A stretch of 64,000 nt of DNA from Candidatus Culexmicrobium cathedralense (lineage in GTDB: Archaea; Thermoproteota; Methanomethylicia; Culexarchaeales; Culexmicrobiaceae). Under the pieces are notes generated by a model that worked only from the letters and a program-made list of their open reading frames with translations, was not told the DNA's origin and ran no database searches. The translations under genes were made by a program, and so were the position numbers. The stretch covers positions 128,001-192,000 of the forward strand of contig JANZKC010000001.1 in NCBI GenBank assembly GCA_025061115.1, read 5' to 3'. Below, one piece after another: positions 9,712-20,334 of this stretch. Each line of letters begins with the position of its first letter. The first letter of the stretch is position 1.

Positions 9712-11574
9712 CTACATCCATGGAGACTCTATTTCGCTAATCTTGCTATAATGCAATTTTGTGTACCATTCCTTCACATAATCTGGAAGTAGTTCTAAGT
9801 AGCCCAAATAACGATCATCTGCAAGAACGAGAACAGCTTTATCATCAATGCTTCTAATAGCTCTTCCAAGAGCCTGGGAAGCCCGCCTCAAAGCCGGAAG
9901 AATATATGCATAGAGCTTTCCTTTATCCTCACCGTAAAGGCTTTTGTAGTAATCTATGTACAATTTAGTTCTAGTCGTAGGCTTTTCAAAAGGAATGCCT
10001 ACGAGAAATATTGCTTCAAGCTCCTCTCCAGGAAAGTCGGCTCCCTCAGCGAACCTACCTCCAATAGGAGCGACCAGAACACTCAACTCAGATTTACCTA
10101 ATTCCTTAAACTTCATTAATGTGCTTCTACTTTCAGGCCCGCTCATTCCTCTCCTTTCAATAAACATCTTATAACCTATACCTTCTACCTTCTCCTTCAA
10201 ACCTCTATTAAGCAATTTACTCTGAACTCTATAGCTCGCAGTAAATATGGCAGAATTAACTTTAATTTTTTGAAGGAAAATGCTTATCGCATTAACATAC
10301 CTATCCGCCATCTCATCGCTTAGCTCTTCACCTCTAGTTGTAACTCCAGTTAAAATGTAAACTTTGACGTTCTCCTCATGGTAAATGTTTGGAACTTTAA
10401 TTTTCACATAATTGCCCAAACCTACAGTTTCAGCAAAAGCATCAATCGGTTCAAGTGTTCCGGAGCAAAATATGCATCTATGAAATAGAAGCCATCTATC
10501 CGCTAAAATTTCAGAAGCCCTCATATCCCATATGTTAAGCTTCAGATTGTCACCATTCCTCTCAGCTATAAAGGATATTCCATCAATGCCCTCCAAGCTT
10601 AATGCTGATAGCATAAATTCAGCAAAGTGATGTAGGGATGATCTGGGGCGCAATCCACGCTCAAGCCTACTTCTCCTCACAAGCTCTCCAATATGCACGG
10701 CATCTTCAAGTAGATAGTAACTTCCATGTGGAATTAAATCTTCAGGATTAAACGAGGCATCTTCTTCATCCTTGAGTTTCGAATGAATCTCAAGAGCTTT
10801 ATCCTCAGCATGATGCAACATGGAAACTAAATCTTTAGCTTTAAATTCCTCAGCTTCCCTAATAGCTCTACGAATAATGCCTAGAGTTATAGTATCAGAG
10901 TTTAGCTCCAAGCTTTGAAGGTTATGAGCTTCATCAACAACTAGAATTGACTTGCCAAACGGTATAAGAGGCCTAATGCTCCACTCCAATCTTTGGTCAA
11001 CGACGTAATTGTAGCTTAAGGATATCACGCTAGCATATTTTGCAAGTGCCCGTTGAATATAGTATGGACATGCCTTCAACTGTCTTCCAATACTATAAAC
11101 TTCACTGTAGGTTAATGGCCCATGGGCGAGGTAGCTTTGAGGCCTAAATTTTCTCTTAAAATTCTTATAGAACATGCACTTATCCTTATAGGAGCTACAC
11201 ATGTATGAAACATCAGAGTAGTCGAGGTCCCCACCATAGCTTTCAGCTAAAAGACACATATCCCTCTTACCTCTATATGAAATTCCGAAAATAGGTAAGC
11301 CAAGCTTATTAACCATCATTTTAAGCTCATCGATGGGTCGATCCGTTTCATTGCCAGTTCTTACAGCCCAGATGACTCTTAAACCCCTTAAAATGCGAGG
11401 AATTAGTGTAGATAGAATCACCACCGTCTTTCCAAAACCTGTTGGAGCGTGTAGGCAGACATGCCTAAAGTTCAAGTTCGCCCTAATTTTGCCAATAACT
11501 TCCTCCTGATAAGGCCTTGGAGTATATGGAAAGTATGTCAGCACATCTGGACGTCGAGGCATTGCAGCTCCCAA
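9712..11574 (-). CDS. xpd: XPD/Rad3 family Fe-S DNA helicase
   Basis: Q motif PRPYQ, APTGFGKT, four Fe-S cysteines including CPYY, DEAH, SGTL, QALGRAIR. Confidence 0.92.
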   Translation of the reverse strand: MGAAMPRRPDVLTYFPYTPRPYQEEVIGKIRANLNFRHVCLHAPTGFGKTVVILSTLIPRILRGLRVIWAVRTGNETDRPIDELKMMVNKLGLPIFGISYRGKRDMCLLAESYGGDLDYSDVSYMCSSYKDKCMFYKNFKRKFRPQSYLAHGPLTYSEVYSIGRQLKACPYYIQRALAKYASVISLSYNYVVDQRLEWSIRPLIPFGKSILVVDEAHNLQSLELNSDTITLGIIRRAIREAEEFKAKDLVSMLHHAEDKALEIHSKLKDEEDASFNPEDLIPHGSYYLLEDAVHIGELVRRSRLERGLRPRSSLHHFAEFMLSALSLEGIDGISFIAERNGDNLKLNIWDMRASEILADRWLLFHRCIFCSGTLEPIDAFAETVGLGNYVKIKVPNIYHEENVKVYILTGVTTRGEELSDEMADRYVNAISIFLQKIKVNSAIFTASYRVQSKLLNRGLKEKVEGIGYKMFIERRGMSGPESRSTLMKFKELGKSELSVLVAPIGGRFAEGADFPGEELEAIFLVGIPFEKPTTRTKLYIDYYKSLYGEDKGKLYAYILPALRRASQALGRAIRSIDDKAVLVLADDRYLGYLELLPDYVKEWYTKLHYSKISEIESPWM

Positions 11575-11613
11575 TCCCCTTCATTAAATAAATCACAAAA
11601 CAATGCTTAGTAA

Positions 11614-11802
11614 CTAATTTCTCAAGTCCCCTAAGCCGCTCTCCTTCTCCTTAACTCCAGGAACTTCATATAAAACTCCATCTTCCGAAAGGACAAGAAC
11701 ACTTCCGCAATCTAAACACCTAAAGTACTTATTAACTCCACTTTCACTCCTCTCTATACCTAAAAATTCAATTCTAGCATGCTTACATTCACTTTTACTC
11801 AA
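11614..11802 (-). CDS. Small zinc-ribbon protein (CxH...CxxC), 62 aa from a TTG start
   Basis: MSKSECKH...YFRCLDCGS; GGGGA RBS before the TTG at 11802. Confidence 0.6.
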   Translation of the reverse strand: MSKSECKHARIEFLGIERSESGVNKYFRCLDCGSVLVLSEDGVLYEVPGVKEKESGLGDLRN

Positions 11803-11926
11803 ATACGATCCCCATCGATACTTCCGCAACCATAAACATTAACTTTTTCACAACAACATGCTGAAGTAAATTTGCAATAAGCTTTTAAAAAATTAAAATA
11901 AGTATTAGGTTGAAGGTGAGTTTAAT

Positions 11927-12205
11927 TTGGAGGAAATTAAGGAGAGAAAACTTGTAGAAGTTGGGAGAGTTACGCACTACTATTCAAGAATTGGAGTTGC
12001 AGTCATTGAGTTGAAGGCGCCATTGGCAATTGGAGATAAAATTCTAATTAGGGGCAGCACAACAAACTTTGAGCAGACGGTTGAATCCATGCAAATTCAA
12101 CACAAAAATATTGAAAGAGCTGAAGCCGGCCAAGCAGTTGGACTAAAAGTTTTGGAGAGAGTTAGACCTAAAGACATTGTATATAAGGTAGTTGAAAATA
12201 ATTAG
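11927..12205 (+). CDS. Translation elongation factor-like small beta-barrel protein
   Basis: VGRVTHYYSRIGVA...FEQTVESMQI...GQAVGLKV pattern; GGTG RBS. Confidence 0.8.
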   Translation: MEEIKERKLVEVGRVTHYYSRIGVAVIELKAPLAIGDKILIRGSTTNFEQTVESMQIQHKNIERAEAGQAVGLKVLERVRPKDIVYKVVENN

Positions 12206-12287
12206 CTTGATTCAGAATACCTCCAGCAGCACTATACCATAACCATTAAAATAGTATGGGATGACTCTGAGACGTTATGGAGAACTG

Positions 12288-12509
12288 TTAGCCGCCACTT
12301 ATAGTTGGCATTAAAGTAACTTTATCGCCGCTTTTAACCAATGCATCAAGTGTTGCAGGTTTTCCATTAACAAGCACTATTACTCTCGATTCAAAGTTTT
12401 GGGGAAGAGATATTAGTTCTCTTATTTTCACTGGCTTTTCACTTTGAATTTCGAATTCTCTTCCACCTATTGCCTCCGCAATGTACCCTATTGCTCTTAT
12501 TTTTATCAT
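12288..12509 (-). CDS. MoaD/ThiS family ubiquitin-like sulfur carrier
   Basis: C-terminal GG, VLVNG motif; directly downstream of the tungsten oxidoreductase; likely ATG at 12509. Confidence 0.85.
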   Translation of the reverse strand: MIKIRAIGYIAEAIGGREFEIQSEKPVKIRELISLPQNFESRVIVLVNGKPATLDALVKSGDKVTLMPTISGG

Positions 12510-12519
12510 GGCTTCGACT

Positions 12520-14352
12520 TCACTCTGACAGCTTAACGTATTTTTCCAGTTCATTTATCACGTAATTTAATCCGAGCTCTCGGAGCGTTGACTTCCTAGG
12601 AACACCCCTTTCATCCCATCCTCTCTCCTCATAGTACCAGTCGAGAAGCTTATTCCAGTTTTCTCGATCCAACTTTGAACCTGCAAGCGGCCCTTTAGTT
12701 ATTGGTTCTTCAAACCACCTTGCAGGAGGAGTATCCATTTCTCTACTCCAATTTCCGCCAAACTCCCTGACCCAAAAGGCCCTTATTAAAGTGTAAATTC
12801 TATCTCCAACTTTAAATAGCTCATCAAGAGCCAATTTAACTCCTGTCGCAGCTTCAAGGAACCTGGCATACCATTCGAGGCTGAAGCCCAGCTCTATCCA
12901 TGGAAGTCTGCAAGTTACCAGTGCTTCAAACATGCCTCCCCTAATTCTCTGAAACTCAATTACCTTATCTACTTTTGATTTAACATAATCGAATCTTCCA
13001 ACTTTCATTTCCCACGCAATTACCCATGCATCCTTATGATGAGCCCCAATTGGAGAGGTGCCAAAAGCAAGTGCCATTGCTGGAGCTGCGTGGCAGTCAT
13101 ACGCAGATATTTCAAGACCTTTAATATGCATTGCCCACTTGTAAGATTCACCGCCAATTTTCTCGGAAATCCTTTTAACACCTTCAGCCAACAAGTCTCC
13201 AAGTCCACGCCTATATGCCATGTCATAAAGTAGCTGCTTTGCCTTATCGTAATCTCCCCATTCAACTTTATCTTCAATTAGCTTTTTCTCCGAAGCCTCC
13301 ATTATAAAGCCTAGGACGTTCCCAGCTGAAATGGTGTCTAATCCAAGTTCATCGCAGACCCTATTTAGGACAGCCACCTTCTTTAAGTCTCCAACTCCAA
13401 TGTTTGACCCTAACATTGCCACGTTTTCATAGTCCAATTCAGACTCCCTACCTTCAGCGTCGGTTATAACGTTGCCGCACTGCATATTGCAGAATGGGCA
13501 TCCTCTCCGTTTAACCTTGTACTTCTCCATGGTGTAGCCGTCGATCTCCTTAGCGTAATCAAATACGCCTTCCCTGTAATTGTAAGTTGGTAGCGTGCTG
13601 TTCTCCTGGCACCACTCTATGGTCATCATTGTCCCCTGCCTAATCCAGAAGTCATAGCCGCTTGCACTTCTAATCTCTTCATACCCTTTCATTCCAAGAT
13701 CCTTAAGCTCACTTGGGTTAGCCACTGGAATCTCTTCAGTTCCCCTAAATACCACTGCTTTAACCTTTTTTGACCCTAATACTGCTCCCATGCCAGGTCT
13801 GCCACCAGCTCTACCTTCTTGAGACACCACTGTAGCAAATTTAACCAAATTCTCCCCAGCAGGACCAATGAGAACTAATCCTACATCTTTACCATGAATT
13901 TCTTTGAGCTTTCTCTCAGCTTCAAATGAATCTAAACCCCAAATGTCACTTGCATCCTTAATCTCGACGCTATCATTTTCAACGTAAATGTAAACTGGCT
14001 TTTCAGATGCACCCTCCAATACCACTGCATCATATCCAGCTCTCCTAAGGTGGAGAGAAGCTAAAGTTCCAACATTTCCATCGCCATAACCATACGTAAG
14101 CGGGCTTTTTGCTGCAATAACCATTTTACCGCTACTAGCTATAGGTAGGCCTGTTAGCGGGCCGGCAGCCAAAATTAACTTGTTAGCGGGAGATAGTGGG
14201 TCAACTCCAGGCTTAAGCTCATCCCACAAAATCTTGATTGCAAAGCCTCTTCCACCAATGAAGTTCAGCGCAAGATCGGCACCATACTCTTGAATAGACC
14301 ACTTCCCTTTCGATAAGTCTATTCTCAAAATTTTGCCATTCCAGCCATGCAT
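12520..14352 (-). CDS. for: Tungsten-dependent aldehyde:ferredoxin oxidoreductase, formaldehyde FOR-like
   Basis: [17 protein letters not shown], [16 protein letters not shown], [12 protein letters not shown], CxxCxxx[10 protein letters not shown]. Confidence 0.9.
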   Translation of the reverse strand: MHGWNGKILRIDLSKGKWSIQEYGADLALNFIGGRGFAIKILWDELKPGVDPLSPANKLILAAGPLTGLPIASSGKMVIAAKSPLTYGYGDGNVGTLASLHLRRAGYDAVVLEGASEKPVYIYVENDSVEIKDASDIWGLDSFEAERKLKEIHGKDVGLVLIGPAGENLVKFATVVSQEGRAGGRPGMGAVLGSKKVKAVVFRGTEEIPVANPSELKDLGMKGYEEIRSASGYDFWIRQGTMMTIEWCQENSTLPTYNYREGVFDYAKEIDGYTMEKYKVKRRGCPFCNMQCGNVITDAEGRESELDYENVAMLGSNIGVGDLKKVAVLNRVCDELGLDTISAGNVLGFIMEASEKKLIEDKVEWGDYDKAKQLLYDMAYRRGLGDLLAEGVKRISEKIGGESYKWAMHIKGLEISAYDCHAAPAMALAFGTSPIGAHHKDAWVIAWEMKVGRFDYVKSKVDKVIEFQRIRGGMFEALVTCRLPWIELGFSLEWYARFLEAATGVKLALDELFKVGDRIYTLIRAFWVREFGGNWSREMDTPPARWFEEPITKGPLAGSKLDRENWNKLLDWYYEERGWDERGVPRKSTLRELGLNYVINELEKYVKLSE

Positions 14353-14548
14353 GCAATCACCACTTTAAAAGAATAATAATTCGCTTAAAGCATTTACGAA
14401 TAACATCCACATATTTGCTAATTCGCATTTCATCGTCACATAACATGGGAAATAAGAATACATCCACTAAATTTATGAGTAAAATCCGCATCCGATCAGC
14501 AACAATTTAAAATTCTTAAACCTAAAATACTTCTGTTCAAATTGCGAG

Positions 14549-15856
14549 GTGCTTAAAGTGAGCGAAAATAGATGCTTAACCTTAGCTGCAACTGGAGATT
14601 CATTCATAGCAACTAGACTCTCAGTTTACAATGAGCCCGAATTCATGGAGCTAATTGAAATAATTAGAAGCGCTCATGTAAGATTTACAAACCTTGAAGT
14701 TCTAATTAACGACTTTAAAGGTTATCCGGCAGCTCAAAGTGGAGGAACATATGCTTCAGCCGAAAGCTACGTCGCTGACGAACTTAAGTGGATGGGATTC
14801 AACATCGTTAGCAGAGCAAACAACCATGCAATGGACTATAGGCTTGAGGGCATGCTAGAAACTACAAAAAATCTGAATAGAGTTGGAATTATCCACGCTG
14901 GAGTAGGAATGAATCTAGGTGAAGCAAGATCTCCATCATACCTAGATACTAGCGTTGGAAGAGTTGCCTTGATATCAGCTGCATCAACATTCCCAAGGGA
15001 GGCTTTAGCTGGAAATGCGAGGCCAGACCTTCAAGGAAGGCCGGGAGTAAATCCGCTGAGATACAGCGCACAGTACACTATTACCAAGGAGGCATTTAAG
15101 GACCTGGTTGAAATTGCAAAGCTACTTGGCTATAAGCTTAAGGAGCCAATTGAAAAATTAAGGTTATTTGGAGCGACAATTATTGCTGGAGATAAAGTTG
15201 AAGTTGAATTTAAAATCAATAAGCAGGATGAAGAGGGAAATCTGCGCGCAATCAAAGATGCCAAGAGGATGGCTGACTTCGTAATATTTTCACTCCACGC
15301 TCATGAAAGATTTCAAAGCATCGAGAAGCCAGCTCCATTCATAGAATATTTTGCCAGGAAATGCATAGATGCAGGCGCAGACATATTCATCGGACATGGC
15401 CCGCACGTGCTTAGAGGAATTGAAATCTACAAAGGGAAGCCAATATTCTACAGCCTTGGAAACTTCATATTTCAAAACGACTTAATTAAGAAACAGCCAG
15501 CAGACCTATATGAGCGATATAAACTTGACTGGAGAGCTACCCCAGCAGACCTGTACGACGCTAGAGAAAAAGGACTACCAGAATACATATCAATGGGCTT
15601 CAAATGGTTCACAAGCGACTCCAAGTACTGGGAAACAGTATTAGCATACTGCACATACGTCGATTGCAAATTAGTGGAAGTAAGACTGTATCCAGTTGAT
15701 TTAGGCTTCGGAAAAAGTAGGTGGGAAAGGGGAAGGCCAATGCTGGCTAAAGGAGCGAAGGCAGAGAAGATAATTAGAAGAGTTAAGGAGCTATCCAAAG
15801 TCTACGGCACCGAAATAAAGTTTAAAGATGGAATTGGCATTATAGAGCTCAACTAG
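14549..15856 (+). CDS. CapA/PGA_cap family metallophosphoesterase-fold protein
   Basis: TGD, NLE, ANNHAMD, HAH, GHGPH and YSLGNF motifs. Confidence 0.88.
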   Translation: MLKVSENRCLTLAATGDSFIATRLSVYNEPEFMELIEIIRSAHVRFTNLEVLINDFKGYPAAQSGGTYASAESYVADELKWMGFNIVSRANNHAMDYRLEGMLETTKNLNRVGIIHAGVGMNLGEARSPSYLDTSVGRVALISAASTFPREALAGNARPDLQGRPGVNPLRYSAQYTITKEAFKDLVEIAKLLGYKLKEPIEKLRLFGATIIAGDKVEVEFKINKQDEEGNLRAIKDAKRMADFVIFSLHAHERFQSIEKPAPFIEYFARKCIDAGADIFIGHGPHVLRGIEIYKGKPIFYSLGNFIFQNDLIKKQPADLYERYKLDWRATPADLYDAREKGLPEYISMGFKWFTSDSKYWETVLAYCTYVDCKLVEVRLYPVDLGFGKSRWERGRPMLAKGAKAEKIIRRVKELSKVYGTEIKFKDGIGIIELN

Positions 15857-17211
15857 CCAATCTTGACTTTAAACTCGCTAATTAAATCATCAACCATTTT
15901 ACTCCACTTTGGAAAGTCGGTTGGACTTGAAGGGTATTGCAAGTAAAGTTTCTTGACCTTATCCATGTAATCTCTAACTAGCTTAAGCTTATATAGCAAT
16001 GTTGGGCGGGAAATGAGTCTTAGTGCTCTAAAGACCTTCTCCTCAACGCTCAACTTCAATTCCCCAACCATTCCAATGAAATGCACTTCATCTCCAGTGA
16101 TAACCTTCTTCCTAAAGGCAAAGTTCAGGTCCTCATCGGTCAATCTCTGCAAGAACATTCTGAAAATGTCAAGTTTAGCTTGTTTAGCGCCATAATTCTC
16201 AATGTATTTTATTGGATAGCTCCAAAGGGATTCCATAGATGCTGAGCCGTAATTCTCAAGTGCATCAATAATGGCTTCAGCTGCACACTTAGCGCTAACC
16301 ATCGATGAACCAATGCCTCCACCATGAATTGGATTGCAAGTAAACGCAGCATCACCAATAGTTAAAATTCCATTGCCAACTGGGCAGTGAATAAACCTTC
16401 TTGTTGGAACAACGCCTCCGCCGGCATGGTGCACCTTCGCGCTTTTAAGCTCCTCCCTAACCTTAATAAAGCGGTTAAACTGGCTAATTGGGTTCGGCGC
16501 CTCCTTACCAGGCTGAACACCTAAGCCGACATTTACCAAGTTCTTCCTTTTAGGGAAAAGCCACCAATAACCTCCAGGGGCAATTCTTCTTGACAAGTAA
16601 ATCACTGCATATCGATCATCAAATTCAAATCGAGTCTCAAGTATTTCGCGATAACAAACATTTGTATCTTCATGCTTTAGCTTTTCACTAATCCACCAGT
16701 CACTCGGCAATTTAGTTCTAATTGCCCCACCAACACCTGAAGCATCAATTGTAACTTTACCTCTAAACTCATGCTTGGATTTTCTAGCAAGGTCCACAGC
16801 CCTAACTCCTACAACTTTTCCATCCTCAATAATTGGAGATGTCGCGTGGTGTTGAGCATAAAGCTCAGCGCCACCATCAACTGCCATTTTCAATAGCCTT
16901 CTACCAAATTTGTAGCGATTAACTGCAAAGCCCTCACCCTTAACTATGATGAAGTGCTTCTCATCTGGGGAGTAAATGACTACGCCATTAAAGACTCCAT
17001 CAAGCTCGTCTCCACTTGGATAGCTCAAGCCCAAATTGTCGAAGTGATGCTTGCCAATTGCGTCACCGCACACTTTATCTCCAATTTTAGCTTCACTCTT
17101 CCTGTCGAGCAACGCCACTTTCAATCCATGTTTAGCTAGTAAGTAAGCAGCATAAGCTCCAGCAGTTCCAGCACCCACAATTACAACATCGAATCTAGGT
17201 AAAGTCAACAT
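15853..17211 (-). CDS. Geranylgeranyl reductase family (archaeal lipid saturation)
   Basis: GAGTAG FAD motif, CGDA, PGGYWWLFP, GDAA...NPIHGGG. Confidence 0.9.
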   Translation of the reverse strand: MLTLPRFDVVIVGAGTAGAYAAYLLAKHGLKVALLDRKSEAKIGDKVCGDAIGKHHFDNLGLSYPSGDELDGVFNGVVIYSPDEKHFIIVKGEGFAVNRYKFGRRLLKMAVDGGAELYAQHHATSPIIEDGKVVGVRAVDLARKSKHEFRGKVTIDASGVGGAIRTKLPSDWWISEKLKHEDTNVCYREILETRFEFDDRYAVIYLSRRIAPGGYWWLFPKRKNLVNVGLGVQPGKEAPNPISQFNRFIKVREELKSAKVHHAGGGVVPTRRFIHCPVGNGILTIGDAAFTCNPIHGGGIGSSMVSAKCAAEAIIDALENYGSASMESLWSYPIKYIENYGAKQAKLDIFRMFLQRLTDEDLNFAFRKKVITGDEVHFIGMVGELKLSVEEKVFRALRLISRPTLLYKLKLVRDYMDKVKKLYLQYPSSPTDFPKWSKMVDDLISEFKVKIG

Positions 17212-17442
17212 TCCTCCTCCGCGCTGGCTACATTATTTGAAAGCAGCTGCAATTATATTAGCTTAATTCTCATAAGTTTAATCCTCCACTGCCAACATGA
17301 CTGTATGGCTGTGCCCACGCTAAGCATTGAGTTAGAGCTGTGATTCTCCATTGAAAACTTAAGCGCCAAAGCTCAGCCCAAAACTAAGCTAACGTTAGAA
17401 TTATTAATCGAGTGAAGTCTAAACTATGCTTGAGGTGTCTTC

Positions 17443-18597
17443 ATGAAGGCTGTTAAGGCAGATTTCCTCTATACTGGAAAGCCAGATGAAGTCGTAAAAA
17501 ACGTATATGTAATTTTTGAAAACGAAAAAATCATAGACGTAACATCCGAAAAACCCAAGGGCGCCGAGATCATCGAAGTTGAAGGTGCAGTGGTTACGCC
17601 AGCATTTATAGATGCGCACTGCCACATTGGAATGGCTAGACACGGAGAGCCTTCAGCTGAAGATGAAGCCAACGAGAAATTTGACACAGTACTACCGCTA
17701 GCTGATGCACTATACTCAATATACCTAGACGATAAGGCATTTAAGGAGTCCATAGAGCATGGAGTACTATACTCATGCGTACTGCCTGGAAGCGGAAATA
17801 TTATTGGCGGAAAAGGAGTTCTAATTAGAAACTACGGCGAAGACATTGAAGAAGCCTTCATCAAGTACGCTGGAGTTAAAGCAGCATTAGGGTACAATCC
17901 AAGAAGCACCACGGAGTGGAAGGGAACGAGACCCTTCACGAGAATGGGTGCAATAGCCATTTTAAGGAAGTGGCTTGAAAAAGCCAAAGACACCTTAACC
18001 CTCATTGAAAAGGGCAAAAAGACAATAGAGGAGATTGAACCTGAAATAAAATACCTATTCCCAATAATAAAGGGAGAGGAAATACTGCGAGTGCACGTCC
18101 ACAAGGTAGATGACGTGGCAGGACTCCTACTATTGAAGAAGGAATTCAAATTCAAAGCAACCGTAGAGCACCTATGCGACGTAAACACTAAGCTGACATT
18201 TGAAAAGCTAAAGAAAGAGAAAGTTCCAATAATTTACGGACCAGTAGATGCATTCGCATATAAAACAGAGCTGAAACACGAAGACTGGAGAAACGTAAAA
18301 TACCTAGTTGAAGTGAAGCCTCTATTCGGATTAATGTCAGATCACCCAGTAACCCTCCAAAGGAACATCTACCTACAGCTAAGGTACTTTAGGAGATTTG
18401 GAATGAGCAAAACAGAGTGCATATCAATATTAACTCAAAACAACGCGAAAATCCTTGGAATAGACGACAAGCTTGGAACAATAGAGAAGGGCAAGTGGGC
18501 ATCAATGGTCATTTGGAGCGGTGACCCATTCAACCTAGACTCATACCCAGTGATCGTTATAGGTGAAGGAAAGGTACTCCACGAGGAAAAAGCATAA
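17443..18597 (+). CDS. Amidohydrolase superfamily protein
   Basis: PAFIDAHCH, PGSGNIIGG, SDHPV, LGTIEKGKWA. Confidence 0.88.
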   Translation: MKAVKADFLYTGKPDEVVKNVYVIFENEKIIDVTSEKPKGAEIIEVEGAVVTPAFIDAHCHIGMARHGEPSAEDEANEKFDTVLPLADALYSIYLDDKAFKESIEHGVLYSCVLPGSGNIIGGKGVLIRNYGEDIEEAFIKYAGVKAALGYNPRSTTEWKGTRPFTRMGAIAILRKWLEKAKDTLTLIEKGKKTIEEIEPEIKYLFPIIKGEEILRVHVHKVDDVAGLLLLKKEFKFKATVEHLCDVNTKLTFEKLKKEKVPIIYGPVDAFAYKTELKHEDWRNVKYLVEVKPLFGLMSDHPVTLQRNIYLQLRYFRRFGMSKTECISILTQNNAKILGIDDKLGTIEKGKWASMVIWSGDPFNLDSYPVIVIGEGKVLHEEKA

Positions 18598-18624
18598 ACC
18601 CAAACCCCCATTATTTTAATTACA

Positions 18625-19503
18625 ATGCCCAAGAAGTTGATAACGTACAAATACAAGTATAATTCCAAGCCCTTAGCCACGAAATTCACTGCCAAAAGAA
18701 TTTTAGAAGCTAAAGAACTTGGAGCTAAGAGCGTAATTGTCAGCTTAGACCTAGGCTTTACAGAAAGTAGAGTTGAAATTCTAAATGATGAAGTAAGTAT
18801 AAGCGCCAACAAGCTACCATTAAGTGCCTTAAAGAAAATAGTTGATGATGATGGAGTATTTATCATTGAAGCCAATCAACTAGTGAAAATAGCATTTTCA
18901 TCTTGCGGCAAATACTACAAGCTAAAATGCATAGCTGAAAATGCTGCTCCAACAATTGAAATCAGCGGAATACACATGCACAGAATTAAAGAGGTAACTC
19001 CATGGCAGGACGCTTTAATGAAGGTTAAAGCTGCTAGAATTCGACCAGGATTAAAGGTTTTAGACATATGTACAGGCCTGGGCTACACCAGCATAGCTTC
19101 CATACTTAGAGGAGCAAAAAGCGTACTAACAATCGAAAAAGATGAAAATGTATTAAAAATAGCGTCGTATAATCCATGGTCTAAAAAGCTTCAAAATGAG
19201 AAAATCAAAATAATTTTGGGAGATGCATTTGAAGTCATACGTGAATTAAATAGTGAATACTTCGACAGAATAATACACGACCCACCCAGATTCTCACTTG
19301 CAGGCAATCTCTACAGTAGAGAATTTTACAGCGAAATTTATAGAGTATTAAGGTCTGGAGGAATTCTCTACCACTACACGGGACAGCCTGGAGTTAGACG
19401 CAGAGTTAGCATTATCCAAGGAGTTTCAAGAAGACTAAGAGAAGTTGGATTCAGCGTGAAAATTAGTCGCAAAACCCTTGGAATAATAGCTTTCAAAGAT
19501 TAA
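18625..19503 (+). CDS. Archaeal class I SAM-dependent methyltransferase (COG2521-like)
   Basis: PTIEISGIHMH, LDICTGLGY, IIHDPPRFS. Confidence 0.85.
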   Translation: MPKKLITYKYKYNSKPLATKFTAKRILEAKELGAKSVIVSLDLGFTESRVEILNDEVSISANKLPLSALKKIVDDDGVFIIEANQLVKIAFSSCGKYYKLKCIAENAAPTIEISGIHMHRIKEVTPWQDALMKVKAARIRPGLKVLDICTGLGYTSIASILRGAKSVLTIEKDENVLKIASYNPWSKKLQNEKIKIILGDAFEVIRELNSEYFDRIIHDPPRFSLAGNLYSREFYSEIYRVLRSGGILYHYTGQPGVRRRVSIIQGVSRRLREVGFSVKISRKTLGIIAFKD

Positions 19504-19504
19504 A

Positions 19505-20317
19505 TTAAGCAGCCAATGCTATGCAACATGCATTACTAGTCGCAGCATCAACCTCATCAAAAGTATAAACCCTATCTCCACCCCAATCAACTTTAAAGAA
19601 ATTCAATGGCTTAAATCCACATTCAACTAAATAATGTGACAATTCAGTAATTGTAAAGACTCTCAGAAGGTGATTTTCAGTAAAATGATCTATAACCCTA
19701 TAACCCTTAATCACATAGCACTCAATCTCAAGTTTCAATAAGCTCTTAGATATTATGAACTCACCCTTCATCAACCTTATGATCGTAATGTCATTCTTGA
19801 CAACTTTCCTAGGCGTATACCATCTTTGTCGCGTAACGTAGGAGGTTGTAGGCCAAAAGTCAAAAATGAATATTCCACCATCAACTAGATGATCTCTAAT
19901 ACTTTTCAATGCTTGAAGTAAATCCCAATCGGTTATCATGTAGCCTATGCTTCCAAAGAGGCATAAGGCAGCATCAAACCTCCTATTTAACTTTATTTTC
20001 CGCATATCCTGAACATGGAAGATAGCTTGCAAACGCATGTTCTCAGCTTTCTTCCTAGCTTGCTCTATCATCACCTTGGAAATATCGATTCCAGTGACAT
20101 GATAGCCTTTCTTAGCAAAGATTAAAGCGTGACCACCAGTGCCACATGCAACATCAAGAATGCTTTTAGGCTTAATTTTGCAGAATTCTTTGAAGTAATC
20201 TTCAATGTTACTACATTCGATCTCATAATTTTTATCATGATAAATTAAGTCATAGTATTCGCCATACTTAGCGTATATGTTCACCAAGCACGTGCACCTT
20301 TTAAATTTAATTCCCAA
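19505..20317 (-). CDS. Class I SAM-dependent methyltransferase
   Basis: YYDLIY, LDVACGTG, DMR, GGIFIFD. Confidence 0.88.
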   Translation of the reverse strand: MGIKFKRCTCLVNIYAKYGEYYDLIYHDKNYEIECSNIEDYFKEFCKIKPKSILDVACGTGGHALIFAKKGYHVTGIDISKVMIEQARKKAENMRLQAIFHVQDMRKIKLNRRFDAALCLFGSIGYMITDWDLLQALKSIRDHLVDGGIFIFDFWPTTSYVTRQRWYTPRKVVKNDITIIRLMKGEFIISKSLLKLEIECYVIKGYRVIDHFTENHLLRVFTITELSHYLVECGFKPLNFFKVDWGGDRVYTFDEVDAATSNACCIALAA

Positions 20318-20334
20318 ACAAACTAAAAACTTAC

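Noticed and set aside
14398-14468. Near-direct repeat GAATA(A)CATCCAC between FOR and the CapA-like gene
   Set aside because: Only two short imperfect copies; could be an operator but is not supportable, and it is not CRISPR
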